From Basidiobolus meristosporus CBS 931.73 (taxonomy: Eukaryota > Fungi > Basidiobolomycota): a stretch of 64,000 bases of DNA. Positions within the stretch are counted from its first letter, which is position 1. The number at the start of each line of letters is the position of its first letter. The DNA is taken from assembly GCA_002104905.1 (NCBI GenBank), contig MCFE01000224.1, forward strand, positions 1 through 64,000. Direction: 5' to 3'. The notes under the pieces are model-generated. The model did no database searches and had not been told where the DNA came from. It worked only from the letters and a program-made list of their open reading frames with translations. This document shows, one piece after another, positions 1-10,974 of the stretch. The translations under genes and the position numbers were made by a program.

Positions 1-117
1 TACAGGTAAACATACTCAATCTTACTTCTGATCCTCAGAATAGTACTCTGCTTGCTTTATTTATTCTTCATGATGCCCCAGACACATATATATTAGTAGA
101 TGTCTTCTTGTATAAAA
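1..117 (-). pseudogene. 3' end of an old Pangu-like transposase gene (outer host copy P1; continues at 11861)
   Basis: Matches 5500-5620 of the young element and stops exactly where an inverted TIR begins at 118. Confidence 0.7.
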
Positions 118-642
118 AGACTTGTATCATGATAGGGCACACAGCACAATCTGCAATTGCAAAGAACTATTGGGCTCAGTATTGTAGCTACCAGTAGGCA
201 GGATTGCTCTTGGAGGATTTTGCACTTTGTGGGACAATCTTGCACACTATGGCACAATCTGACACAATGAGGTTGGCATAGACAATTACTTCAACTTGTA
301 ATGTTTGCATCACATGCGCATGAGATACCATATTTATGATAGGTAAAATCTGGTACTTGGAAGCGTTTCTTTAATGTAAATCAAAATAAATGAGCCTTGC
401 ACTGTTATCTAGCTGAAACTTACCGTTTTAGTTACCATCACTCCAATTGGACAGTATGCCAATGGCTGATTGGTCTAAAAGCATCCTGAAGCTCTTAGCC
501 CCCAATTGGCACATTGATCAATACACAAGCTACCTGATTTGCCATCAAAAATCCCATTTTGCCCATTGAGCAAGTAAATCCCTGATCTTGGTGAGTGGAC
601 AAGTTGTCATGGCAAATATGCAACCAATTGTGTAGGTGTAAG
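118..642 (-). mobile_element. Right end (inverted) of old Pangu-like copy P2
   Basis: Starts AGACTTGTATCAT (degenerate TIR) and aligns to the reverse complement of ~8270-8789, with CpGs converted to TG/CA. Confidence 0.75.
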
Positions 643-991
643 TGTTGTAAGAGTCTTGGAGATAATGGAAGTGATTGGGAGAACAAGTAGATAATATGGT
701 TTTCACTTAATGATTCATTGAATGTAAAAGTTGTATTTATACTTTTACATGGTCTTGGCATTACAAACACATAGAATAGGCTAAGGAAGGTCCCAAGAGC
801 ATGTGTGCAAAGTTTGGGGCTGCTTGGACAACTTTGAGAATTTTCATGTTCTGGATACCTGATATTTTGGTGAATATATTCCAAGTAAATCCCAACAAGG
901 AATTTGGTCAGTACTCACTAGGATTTGAGGGTAATGATCTAAGTGACTAAGCTAGGTGAATATTTAGGTGGAATTACAAACTTTTACAACA
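643..991 (-). repeat. LTR of copia family 2 (349 bp)
   Basis: Termini TGTTGTAA...TTACAACA; homologous to 63296-63644; polypurine tract GAGTGGGAG on the minus strand at 992-1000. Confidence 0.85.
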
Positions 992-1002
992 CTCCCACTC
1001 AG

Positions 1003-1440
1003 CTAAATGTTCATACTGACTAGTCCTAATTTTGACTTAAGATATTCAAACTTGTCTCTAGCTAATGGTTTGGTAAATATGTCTGCAATCATTCCATCTG
1101 CAGGACAGTAAGCTAAGCTAACTAAGTTATTCTCTATAGCTGCACATATGAAATAATGTCTAATATCTATGTGCTTAGTTCTAGCATGAAAAGTTGGATT
1201 TCTATCTAATTGTATACATCCTTGATTATCCTGAAATAAAGTAATAGGCATTTTATGACATACGCCTAAATCTGTAAAAAGCTTTCTTAACCACATTGCT
1301 TCTTTTGTAGTTTCACACTCTGCCATGTACTCTGCCTCTGTGGTAGAAAGTGATATGGTTGGTTGCTTTCTTGAGTTCCATGAAATTGCTCCTTTACAGT
1401 AAAGAAAGGTGTATCCTGTGATGGATCTTCTGTTCTTCTT
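1003..1440 (-). pseudogene. Ty1/copia RT C-terminus and RNase H fragment (family 2)
   Basis: RRSITGY, SWNSRKQPTISLSTTEAEY, QDNQGCI, HARTKHIDIRH and ADIFTKPL motifs; ends next to the PPT and LTR. Confidence 0.9.
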
Positions 1441-3100
1441 GACTTGTCTACCTATCTCCCCACACATCTGCTACATAGGAGACTCCCAGAAAGTGAAGCA
1501 AGGCCCAATATTCTCCACACACCATGCAAGATGGAGTAGAGAATGGATTCAGTAGTGGCAGATATCTACATGTTCAGCTTTATGTTTGTAGTATAGCAGC
1601 TCAAATCCTGTCACAAACTCCTCACACAACAGCTGTAGATGCGTCAAGTTGGCATTGGTGATCCACTTATAGATAAATATTCCTACAATATCCACATATG
1701 ACTTCCAATGCTTCCAATGTACTCTTGGTAGGAATGGCTTCAGAACACCACTTCAATAAATACATATCCAGTTCATCCAGTCTTTGCATTTGTATTGTTA
1801 CATATGAGTATGAATATTAATTGGAGCCTGTGAGAAGTACTCAAGGTAGCAGATACTCTGTAATATCTTGCTAATTCTTTCAAATTTTTCCGGTATCTTG
1901 AAGGGCTCATTTAGCTTGAAATGCACCATGTATAACTTGGTCATCAGTATAGGGATATTGTTGAAAAGCAAATGCATTGCTCCCAGCAGAAAGCTTTTGC
2001 TCCAACAGTTACCCTCTATCTTAAGTATCTCTGGTTTCCAATTGATTCCATATTCTGGCCAATGGCTTATAGCTTACTGGCTTTGCTGCAATTGCATGCT
2101 TACTTCTGTACATTCTCCCTGCGGAAAGATGATGTTCCTAGTGCTGGTGTTTGGGTAATAATAATGTGTGTGAGCTATGGAGTAAATCCCCTGGATCTCA
2201 CACATTTGACAGTAGTACCATCCATTGTGCCCTGAAAAACCTGCTATCTTGCTGATGGCTGGGGTATCTCCAATGCAGATAATAACATGCGCTTTTACAT
2301 GACAGCCATTTACTGTTATCCCACTGGCAAGCATACAGAATTCATCCAGCAATGGATACACGTAGCTATCCAGGTTGGACTGTGATTTAGGCCCAGATAC
2401 CAGTGAGACTACCATCACATTATTGCTCTGATACAGTAAGATGGGCAGCGGATTCAGATTGATGAGAATCAGTGGCTAGCAGGATTTGCTGGTAGATTAC
2501 TTGTTTAATGAGAATCCATCAAGTGCTAAGGCAAAAGCATAGTCATGCACACCTTCATAGTAGCCCCTGCTTCTTAGCTGACTGTAATGCTTGCCATTGA
2601 ATATATTGGATATGTTTGCGCTTGATTGATACTGAGTGCAGTACTGTATAGCTTTGCAATATTTGTTGGACTGCATCAGCTTTCTCAGTCAGGGTATGAC
2701 TGGAATATATCTGGAGTGTGAACAATGCTTTCCCTCAATGGTGGTGGATTCCTGACAGTTTGAACACATTGCAATGGTAGCTTCTTTGGATGTGAATGCC
2801 ATGCAATTGTTAACACATGCTGGATTCAGGAGAGTCTCTTGATCATATGTTGCCAGCTGCATAACAGTTGTCCACTTGTCCTTGTACATGGTAAGTTGCA
2901 TCCCGGTACAATTTTGGCAAGAAGTAGTAATAAATCCTCAAATCCCCCATTACTGATATTAGTGGAAATGCACCACTTCTCTAGCCACAACATTACATCA
3001 ATCACCAGTAGATGGATTACTGGGCTCACTTGGCTCCATATAGTATCCTTGGCATTTGTTTCAACAGGTGTTGTCTCATTACATAAAGAGATTTGACTGG

Positions 3101-3349
3101 TGTAGTGGGGTCACAGTGACACCCACTGACAGATGTGCTCATTCCCATGTTTTCAACTCTCCTATTTCTCTACTACTCTTATTTTGGTTTTATCTCATTT
3201 GTCTTACCTGAACAGTCCTATTCCATAAGCTGGTTGACTATCACACCTACTTACCTTATTGCAAAAGTTATCCCCCACTTTATGTGAGATTACTAGCAGT
3301 AAGTGCTTCTATATTAGGCAAGAACCTGCACCAGTATCTGTGACACATG
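3101..3349. repeat. Possible LTR fragment inserted in Tnp2
   Basis: Starts TGTAGTG exactly where homology to other Tnp2 copies breaks and ends ...GTGACACA. No second copy in the window. Confidence 0.3.
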
Positions 3350-3497
3350 ATCAACCCATGTTGCCATCCCTTCTATTTCAATACCATATATTGTATCCCT
3401 ATGTTACACAGGTTTCAGAGTACTGATTCCCAATTGGTTGGATGCACTGTGCCTCTTAGAACCTTCCAGTACCTACTTAGAACATTCTTGGGTCATT

Positions 3498-3708
3498 AGA
3501 CTTGTTCCATCATTCCAGCTGATCATAGTGCCCAATAGCACCATAGCATGCCAGATGGTGCCTGATCATGCCACAGAGTGCCAAATTGTGCCATACAGTG
3601 CCACTTTGGGATCCAAATTGACATGCATATGACACTAAAATATCAAATCAATAACATAATATACAGCACTTTCTAGCACTATGATCAATGGCACAATGGA
3701 ACAAGTCC
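3498..3708. mobile_element. Short MITE with Pangu-like TIRs (211 bp)
   Basis: AGACTTGTTCCAT...ATGGAACAAGTCC; flanks ATT/AAT; internal GTGCCA repeats. Confidence 0.75.
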
Positions 3709-3714
3709 AATCTG

Positions 3715-4395
3715 ATGTCATTAAGATTTCTATTGATATCTGGAACCTTCTGGAACACCATGATTAGTAATCACTTAGTCAGTAAGAAAAGTATATAAGG
3801 GAGACTATCCCTCAACAATAAATCATCATCCCTTTATCAATATATTAACTTGTTGATTAGTGTGACACTGCTACCTGCTGCTACCTGAACTTCCAAGCCC
3901 AGACCACTGGACACTCCCAGGAAACTGCACTGACAGCCAACTGACCTTGGAGGCACTTCTTGTGAGGAATACTCAGAGTAGGTATCTTTTATTATACTTG
4001 ATTCTTTCCCAGGTTTGTTCTTCTACAGGCAAAGATACTTTTATGTCTTTGTAACTATTGACCACAGCTGCATTCTTATCAAGTCCCTGCTGGTGGAGTT
4101 TACAGTTGTTTTGACTTTGGAAGCTTTAGTACATTGTCATCTCAAAGGATGCTGAACCCAGCACATACTTTTGTTAAGATGCCAACTAGGTTGGGGATTG
4201 TAGCTCAGTAGTTTTCCCTTGACAAGCTTGTGGCTTTATCCCCCATCACATTAGATTAGAGACAGAACCCAAGTATTCCTAGCAAGCTTCTGCCAGAGGT
4301 TATTGCACCCAGTGAACACCCCACACACAAAACACTTGAGAAGTGTTGGATGTATCTCTCCCTTGGACTTATACACCACCACACCAAGCTCACAT
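3715..4395 (-). repeat. Interspersed repeat with a CCHC-knuckle-like relic, possibly non-LTR retrotransposon ORF1
   Basis: Homologous to 25770-26405; the minus frame reads PTLLKCFVCG here and CPTLLKCYECGVLTGH in the second copy. Confidence 0.5.
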
Positions 4396-5396
4396 GTGGT
4401 AATATCACTCTGTGTGCCATATTCAGAAGGCTGAGGTGAGCCTAAAGGCGTCACAAACTCACCTGACTCAGTTTGCTCAAGGTGACAAAGATGGCCAGGT
4501 GTCAATATAGAAGTATCAACTGGCTAGCAAGATAATGCTGGTACAGTAGTGACCAATGAATGGTCAAAAATGACTACAGTGGCAAAACAGTGGCCATGAT
4601 CTTTGTAATATTTCTTATGCTGTCTGTGTGCTTCATGGCTGAGAGGCTTGCCACAATAGCTACATGGTCTTTTTTCTCTTCTCTTACGGCATTGAGTAAA
4701 AGTAGTCTTGTCCATGGGGCAAGCAGTTTGACCTTCAACAATGTGACGCTATTATATCACTTTTTGGTCAATAGTCACATGAACTTAAGACAGTATTGTA
4801 TTTGAGACATTGCACTTACATTATTGTAAGATTCAATGATGACCTGCCATAGTAAGCATTATAAATAAAGTGGTGGCACCACATACACATGTATATGTAA
4901 CACTATTTCCCCTTTGGTTTGACTCACTTCCATATATATGCCGCCAAAAAATAAAGCAAAGTTGTCTGGTTCTCAACCAAATCCCACTGCTGATGGCAAC
5001 AGAAGAATGGTTGGACAACTGCTTGCTTTGACATTCAGTGCAACAAGTGGGGCTACATCCAAAAAAGGCCCTGTGAACAGTGTGCCCATTGAAGGTAATA
5101 ATGCAGACTCCTCAGGCTCTCAGTCATGTAGGCAATTGAGAACCTCTGCAGATCCACAAGCTGACTGTTATGCTCAGGCAGATGAAAATGTAGCAAATGC
5201 AGTACCCTCAGTTGATGATCAGCAAGTGGCCATGATAACATCATCACTACCCCTATTAGCAAGTATGTTGTCAGCTCATATCAAAGCATTAATGAAGCAA
5301 TTAGGTACAGTGGCTGATAGGATAGATGCAATGGCCCAGAGAAATCAGGAAATAGCCCAGAAACAGGATGAGCAGATAATAGACTTGTTCCATTGG

Positions 5397-5469
5397 ATAG
5401 TGCCACATAGTGCCAGCCAGTTTATAGTGCCGGATCAATCTGGCACTCTATGGCACTATCTGGCACTAT
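5397..5469. promoter_or_regulatory. Subterminal palindromic array, probable transposase-binding sites
   Basis: ATAGTGCC(A) at 5397, 5407 and 5424, mirrored by TGGCACT(A/C)T at 5441, 5451 and 5461. Function is inferred. Confidence 0.55.
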
Positions 5470-5563
5470 AATTTCTACGATGATGCCAGTGGTATGATAC
5501 AGTTACTGGTAATTTTACTCAATCTTACTTATGTTGCTCAGAATAGTGCTTTCCTTGCTTTAT

Positions 5564-6448
5564 TTACTCTTCATAATGCTCCAGACACATTTCTCTCAGT
5601 GGATGTCTTCTTGTATGAACATACTGTGCATTGATAAGTATCTTAACTATTTTACCTATTCTGCTGTTTTCTCCTATATATGACTTTCCTCTGTATTTAC
5701 CTGCCAATATGCTGAATCTCTTCAGATATCCAAATGTGTGCTCTACCCTTACTCTGAAATGATTAAATATCTCATTGTAGAGCTTCTGCTTCCTGCTAAG
5801 CACACCATTCCTTGGCTTCCTATAAGCTGTAATACATCCTAATCTCTGACAATCCTCTCCTATATAGGCCAAGTCTGCCATACATTTCTCCCCTCTACTG
5901 AATTCAGGATGATTCTCTACCCAGAGTGCTTTGTCATGCCTACTTCCAGCAAATGGCCTACTAAACCAGATGATGTTACCCTCAATGTCAGACAGTGCTT
6001 GAAACTTCACACAGTGTGCCTTGTACTTGCCAGAATAAAAGTGCCTCTGCCCGCTAGAAGGTCTCTTAATCCTCACGGGGAAGGTATCCAAGATACTCCT
6101 GATATGGAACCTGTTGCTGAACACTCTGGGATATGGAAGTCTATTGGAGCTTCTGAACCTAGTATTCCAAGCTTGCTCTAAGTCACTCATACCCTCTGCA
6201 AGGTGGTTCTCCATTGCTGTCAGCTGGGAATGAAAGCTTCTAGGACTTTTGTTGCCATGGATGGTGGGATGAAACCTTGTAGGGCAATAGTTCTTGTAAT
6301 AGCAGAGAAGCTTAACAAGGGATCTCCTTGAGTAGATTGGGGTTGATGGTCCACAGTACTTGGAATAGATCTCCTCCAGTGTGTCAAAAGGAAATCCAGT
6401 GGTAGTGATGGGATTGATGAGAAAAGACCATTCAGATGAGTAAGTCAT
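5564..6448 (-). CDS. DDE_Tnp_4 (ISL2EU/PHIS, IS5-like) transposase, 294 aa, intact
   Basis: ILDTFPVRIKRP...FYSGKYKAHCVKFQ, GSRHD, ADLAYIG and RVRVEHTFGYLKRFSIL motifs; HTH_Tnp_4-like N-terminus; open frame. Confidence 0.9.
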   Translation of the reverse strand: MTYSSEWSFLINPITTTGFPFDTLEEIYSKYCGPSTPIYSRRSLVKLLCYYKNYCPTRFHPTIHGNKSPRSFHSQLTAMENHLAEGMSDLEQAWNTRFRSSNRLPYPRVFSNRFHIRSILDTFPVRIKRPSSGQRHFYSGKYKAHCVKFQALSDIEGNIIWFSRPFAGSRHDKALWVENHPEFSRGEKCMADLAYIGEDCQRLGCITAYRKPRNGVLSRKQKLYNEIFNHFRVRVEHTFGYLKRFSILAGKYRGKSYIGENSRIGKIVKILINAQYVHTRRHPLREMCLEHYEE

Positions 6449-6807
6449 ATTAAAATTGATGGATGATTGTATGGAGGCGGTTTGAATCGATTCGGCGCAA
6501 TCTGCGTTATTTATCTGATTTTTAACACATTATGGTTAAATCTCCATCAATTGCCATGTATCCCATCATTATGTTGCAAAAATCATCCGCAAACAATGCC
6601 CTGGTACTTTTATTGATGCTTTAATCATAGGTCTATAATCAAATAGGAAATCTGCAATTGATGTGATCTGATCCGTGTCAATGCAATCCAAGATGCATCA
6701 TGCATAATATATGGAAAATTCAACAATCACTTTAGTTTTCATATATATTTCATATAAGACCAGGTTGATGCCAATATACTGCTGTATAAGTATCCAAATC
6801 CGTTGCT

Positions 6808-8048
6808 ATGGTCCCCATACCAAGCCTCAACTCATCTTTAGTACAACCCAGACAAAACCCATCCCCCAGCTCACAAGCGCGGTCCGGACCGGAAAAGTCG
6901 ATGTTGGATCCGTTTGAGTTCTCGCCAAATGATTTTAGTATGGCCCAAGTGTCTATGATGAGCCTTCATACAGATATTTGGGCACTACTGATTAATCTAG
7001 CAGAACTAGATACCTCAGAGAGTCAACAAAGATGGAAGAATTTGAGTAGAAAGCTGTGGCATGAGTTCTACATCAAGATGCCAGCTGATGTATGTAAAAG
7101 ATATATAACAAGACAAGTATTGAAATCAAGAATGAGCTGAGAGTGAGGGGATTTGACAAGGAAGCCGCGCGGGAACAATTTTGCGCGCAATTTGCACAGT
7201 ACGGGCCGGACGCGTCCGTTCATGCCTCAACTTTGGGAACCAAAGAGATTTTGAATGAGTTTTTGCCTCAAATGACTAATGTACTACGTGATATATTAGT
7301 AGAGCTAAGTGGCTTCCGAGAGCAATATACACAGGACTCATCCAGGCAACAGCTCCAAAGTATCAGACAGAGGGTAAGTGAATACCTTGAGGAATCAGAT
7401 GGTGAGCTTCAGGAGGAAGAATACAGACTGCGAGCAACATTGTCCAGATCGCGCCAGCACGCCTTGCTGGATTCCCTACCATCTCTTGCAACCACAGCGT
7501 GCCGGGGCACGTCAGTCCAGACCATGCCAACACCCTTTACCAGAACGCCCCGCGTCGAGTCAACGCGCGCGCTTCAGAGCAAAACTACCAGAACTCGCCA
7601 AACTGCTCATTTAGACACAAGTCCATTGGAGCGGACCGAGTTGCGTCAACATGCGGCATCACATCAAACTCAGCCAAGGGCCATCTCAACGCGTCAAGGC
7701 GCGCCTGCGCGTGCCGTTTTGCCTGACCATCAGCGAGTTACTTCTGGTGAACTGACTGATGATGACCAACATGAAGTGACTCAACCACCGGAGCCCTTGG
7801 CAAGTAAAAGAACGCGTCAGCGCGTGGCACTACAGGCCGGTTCAGTTGGTTCAGTTGGTTCAGTCAGAGCAATTCAGCGCGGCCAAGCTGCAGCATTGCA
7901 CTCATCAACTAGGAGGCAAAATACTGACTACAAATATACAAGTAGGCAAGATGATAGTCAGCCAGGAAGTAGTATAGGTGTGCAAAGTGAGTCACTACCA
8001 AATGCTTCAGTAGTAATCCCTGTGAGAAAAAAACCCAGGAGAAGATGA
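6808..8048 (+). pseudogene. Second ORF of the Pangu-like element (413 aa if repaired); 1-bp frameshift near 7095
   Basis: ORFs 6808-7140 and 7143-8048 form one frame in the inverted copy, which has one extra A. Trp-containing helical N-terminus (DIWALL...QRWKNLSRKLW) and a low-complexity C-terminus. Confidence 0.75.
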
Positions 8049-10769
8049 TGCGATTGCTTTGAATCGCTCACATTCGTAATGATCCCGTCAACCCTTTTTT
8101 TTGCGATCCAAATCGAGCCATTGCAAAACAGTGATCATCAAATTTTTGATATAAGTAATATCAAGGTCGTCTCACATTTGAGACAGAACCCCTATAAATA
8201 AACACCCTGCATATATATATGTCATCTGTAATACCAGTGCAGCTATTGGATCTGTTTCGCACCTACACAATCGCTTGCGTGCTAGCTATAACACCTTGCC
8301 CAATCACTAGGATCAGGGATTTACTTGCTCAATGGGCAAAATGGGATATTTGATGGCAAATCAGGTAGCTTTTTCAGTAGTCAATGAGCCAATTGGGGGC
8401 TGCCAGCTTCAGGATACTTTTGGACCAATTAACCACTGAGATACTGTCCAATTGGAGTGAGGGTAACCAAAATGGTAAGTATCAGTGTAGTTTATAGTGT
8501 GATACACATTTATTTCCATTTACATTAAAGAAACATATCCAAACACCGGATTTTACCTGCCATTATAGCGGTATCCAACGCGCACGTGATGCAAGCATTA
8601 CGAGTTGGCGCGATCATCCGCGCCAACCTCATCGTGTCAGATTGTGCCATAGTGTGCAAGATTGTCCCGCATGGTGCGAAATTGTCCAACAACGATCCTG
8701 CCTTCTGGTAGCTATAATATTGCGCCCAATTGTTCTTTGCAACCGCGGATTGCACCGCGCGCCCTGGCACGGTACGATGGAACAAGTCTAATATGTGCAG
8801 AGCAATCAATATCCCATGTAGAGAAAGCAGTATCTTTGCTGCAAAGAAGAAACTCATGTAGCTCAATGACACAACCAAGAATTGAGCCATTTCCCAATGT
8901 AACAGCAGAAGAACACTGTACAGTCTTTGAAGCACAACAACAGTGCCCAAAGATAAAGCCCACAGAGAAACCTATCACAGGGTGGGGGGGGAGACAATGT
9001 GGTGTGTATACCAAAGCCTAAAACTCAAAAGATATTCAAGATCCATGAAGCTGTTGAGTGTAATAATGAAGAGTGGGCTAATATACAAGAGGCTGTCAGA
9101 AGTCTAGCATGCCATCACCTTAAGGCCAGTATATCATGGGACCATCAAAAACTCAAGGCCAAGCAGAATGCACTTGACTTGTTCCATGAGCATTATCCTG
9201 GATTCAAACGGGCAAACGGATCTTGGGCCAGCATTGGTATGCTAAGAAAGTATCTTCACAATTGAAGAAACTATCAAAGGCTGAAGAACAAGGGTGCCAT
9301 GGCTAAAAACCAGCTGCTTCCTCAAGAGCCCATTACAAGCAGAATCAAATCTCCAGAGAAGCGTCAAAGCAATGTCAGGTAGCTGGAAGAGTGCCAATTA
9401 GGGACAAGCAGGCAGACACAGATGCACCAGCACAACATTTATCAAGGAAAAGCATAGTAACACTCAAGAAGCACCCAGTCAAAGTAGCAGTGAAGGACCT
9501 GGCAGTGATAAAAACCAGCTGCTTTGACAGTAGCCTGTCACAAATACAGTTGAGAGCTCAAAACAAGCGGAAAAGAAATGTCAGGTTGCCAGAAGAGTGC
9601 CAGCAAGGGACAAGCAGGCCAAAACAGATGCATCAGAGCAGAACATATCCAGGAGAAAATGTAGTTCTTTACAAGAAGCACTCAGACAAAGTAGCAGTGA
9701 AAGACCTGGCAGTGATAAAGGAAAAGGTGAAGGGAAAAAAGTCTGCCCAAGCCTGAGATAGGGAGGCATGCAAAAGAAACTGCAGTTCTTGCCAATTAAC
9801 GCCACAAGCCAGGAACAGACTGAATCGCATCATAGCCAAGAAGAATTACCAACAAGAAAAAAACTGTTTTCACAAGAGTTGGAAGCACAGCCAGTTGAGC
9901 TACACTCCAGCAAGGTAGATGATTTTGCTGAAAAAGGCAATTTGTATACTACAGCCTCAACAGCCTCCACAGCCTCCACAGCTTCCATTGTTGACAGAGT
10001 GGAGATCCCACTGACAGACAAGGCTACAACATCAAGAGCTCAAAAGACTATCACAATGCCTTCAGGGGAGTTTTGGAATATCAATAGGCACACCAAGAGA
10101 TTGCAGCACTTCTTCAACAGCAGTGCTCAAGAAAACACACTGGAATATTGCAAGGGTTTATTGCGAGACCTGGCAGATGAGGAGCTAGACCTTGTAGTGC
10201 CAGCTGAAGAGCAGGACATGTGGGAACCAGTGAATGAACAGTGACATAAAGCCATTGGGTTCCTGCCAAAGTTGTGGAACCAGAGCATTACAGTAGAAAT
10301 ATTTATTGAGTGGTGGATTTTAATGGAGTGACTTGTTGAGTGTGGGGTTGGGCTTAATGTTAGTGTAGGGTATAGAGACTTGTATAGGTCAATACAGTTG
10401 GCATTTAAGGTACAACTGAAGTTTTAACAAAAATGAATCAATTTGTACACATAAAAAGTGAGAGAAATGGTTGAGTCAGGAAGTAAGGAGTGTGAAAAAG
10501 AGGCAATAGCCAATCAATCAACACAAATGTAGGAGGCAATAAAGTGTCTGGGATCAGAAAGTGAGCCAATTGGCAGGGAACCAATCAAAGCCACTTATAC
10601 ATTGTTGTGATGAAATATTTTGACTACATTTTTTGTGAAATCTGGGGTGTATTTATTTTCAACAGTCTCTGGATGGTGTCCCAACAAGATCAGTACCTCT
10701 TAGTCACAGGACTTTAACTTTGTGATGACCTTTTGATGGGATCATCTCAATAATATTTCATAGGGACAG

Positions 10770-10969
10770 TAATAGCCAATATCTCTTGGCATCCATATTG
10801 CCATAATATATATAGTCCTGTCCCCCCTTATGTATTCCTCAGTCTGATAAACACAGGTCTTGAATAAACAGCCTTGCCTTGGAAATCCACCTTGCCTTAG
10901 AAACACAACTTGCCTTTTTGATCCACAGTTAAGTCCTTTCCTGGTCCTGCCCTGTGTCTATTCATAACA
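10770..10969 (+). repeat. LTR-like fragment (3' half)
   Basis: Near-identical to ~41745-41930; contains AATAAA and ends ...TAACA. Confidence 0.5.
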
Positions 10970-10974
10970 GCTTC

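Larger units (their letters stand above)
1445..4715 (-). pseudogene. CACTA Tnp2 (Transposase_21 / DUF4218-like) transposase, multiple stops, interrupted at ~3101-4395
   Basis: ALALDGFS, VSGPK..LDSYVYPLLDEF, GDTPAISKIAGFSGHNG..CxxC and FPMExxCG motifs; N-terminal CSYCGKPLSHEAHRQH zinc-finger-like motif. Confidence 0.85.
5381..8789. mobile_element. Young PHIS-superfamily (Pangu-like) DNA transposon, 3409 bp
   Basis: Perfect 13-bp TIRs AGACTTGTTCCAT/ATGGAACAAGTCT; AAT duplicated at 5378-5380 and 8790-8792; the empty site is visible in CACTA copy C (~59410-59425). Confidence 0.92.
4938..10430 (+). pseudogene. CACTA second ORF (TnpA-like position, unknown function, ~690 aa reconstructed), split by the Pangu-like insertion
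   Basis: MPPKNKAKLSGSQP start is conserved in copies A and B (homologous, mutated start in C); the reading frame resumes at 8793; conserved blocks EEWANIQEAVRSL..HHL..W and EFWNINRHTKRLQHFF. Confidence 0.7.
1445..10765. mobile_element. CMC/CACTA-like element copy A (transposase-side end lost; carries several insertions)
   Basis: Colinear with the complete copy at 45559-51298 (opposite orientation); ends in ...TTCATAGGG at 10765. Confidence 0.8.

Noticed and set aside
4430-4461. GTGAGT...CAG intron in Tnp2 (minus strand)
   Set aside because: Only 32 nt, the donor is absent in copy B, and the reading frame is continuous without splicing.
5376-5382. Alternative 5-bp TSD (TAATA) or 1-bp TSD for the Pangu-like element
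   Set aside because: Both young copies are ambiguous, but MITE sites at 29508 and 39392 have C before AAT, which favours a 3-bp TSD with TIRs starting AGAC.
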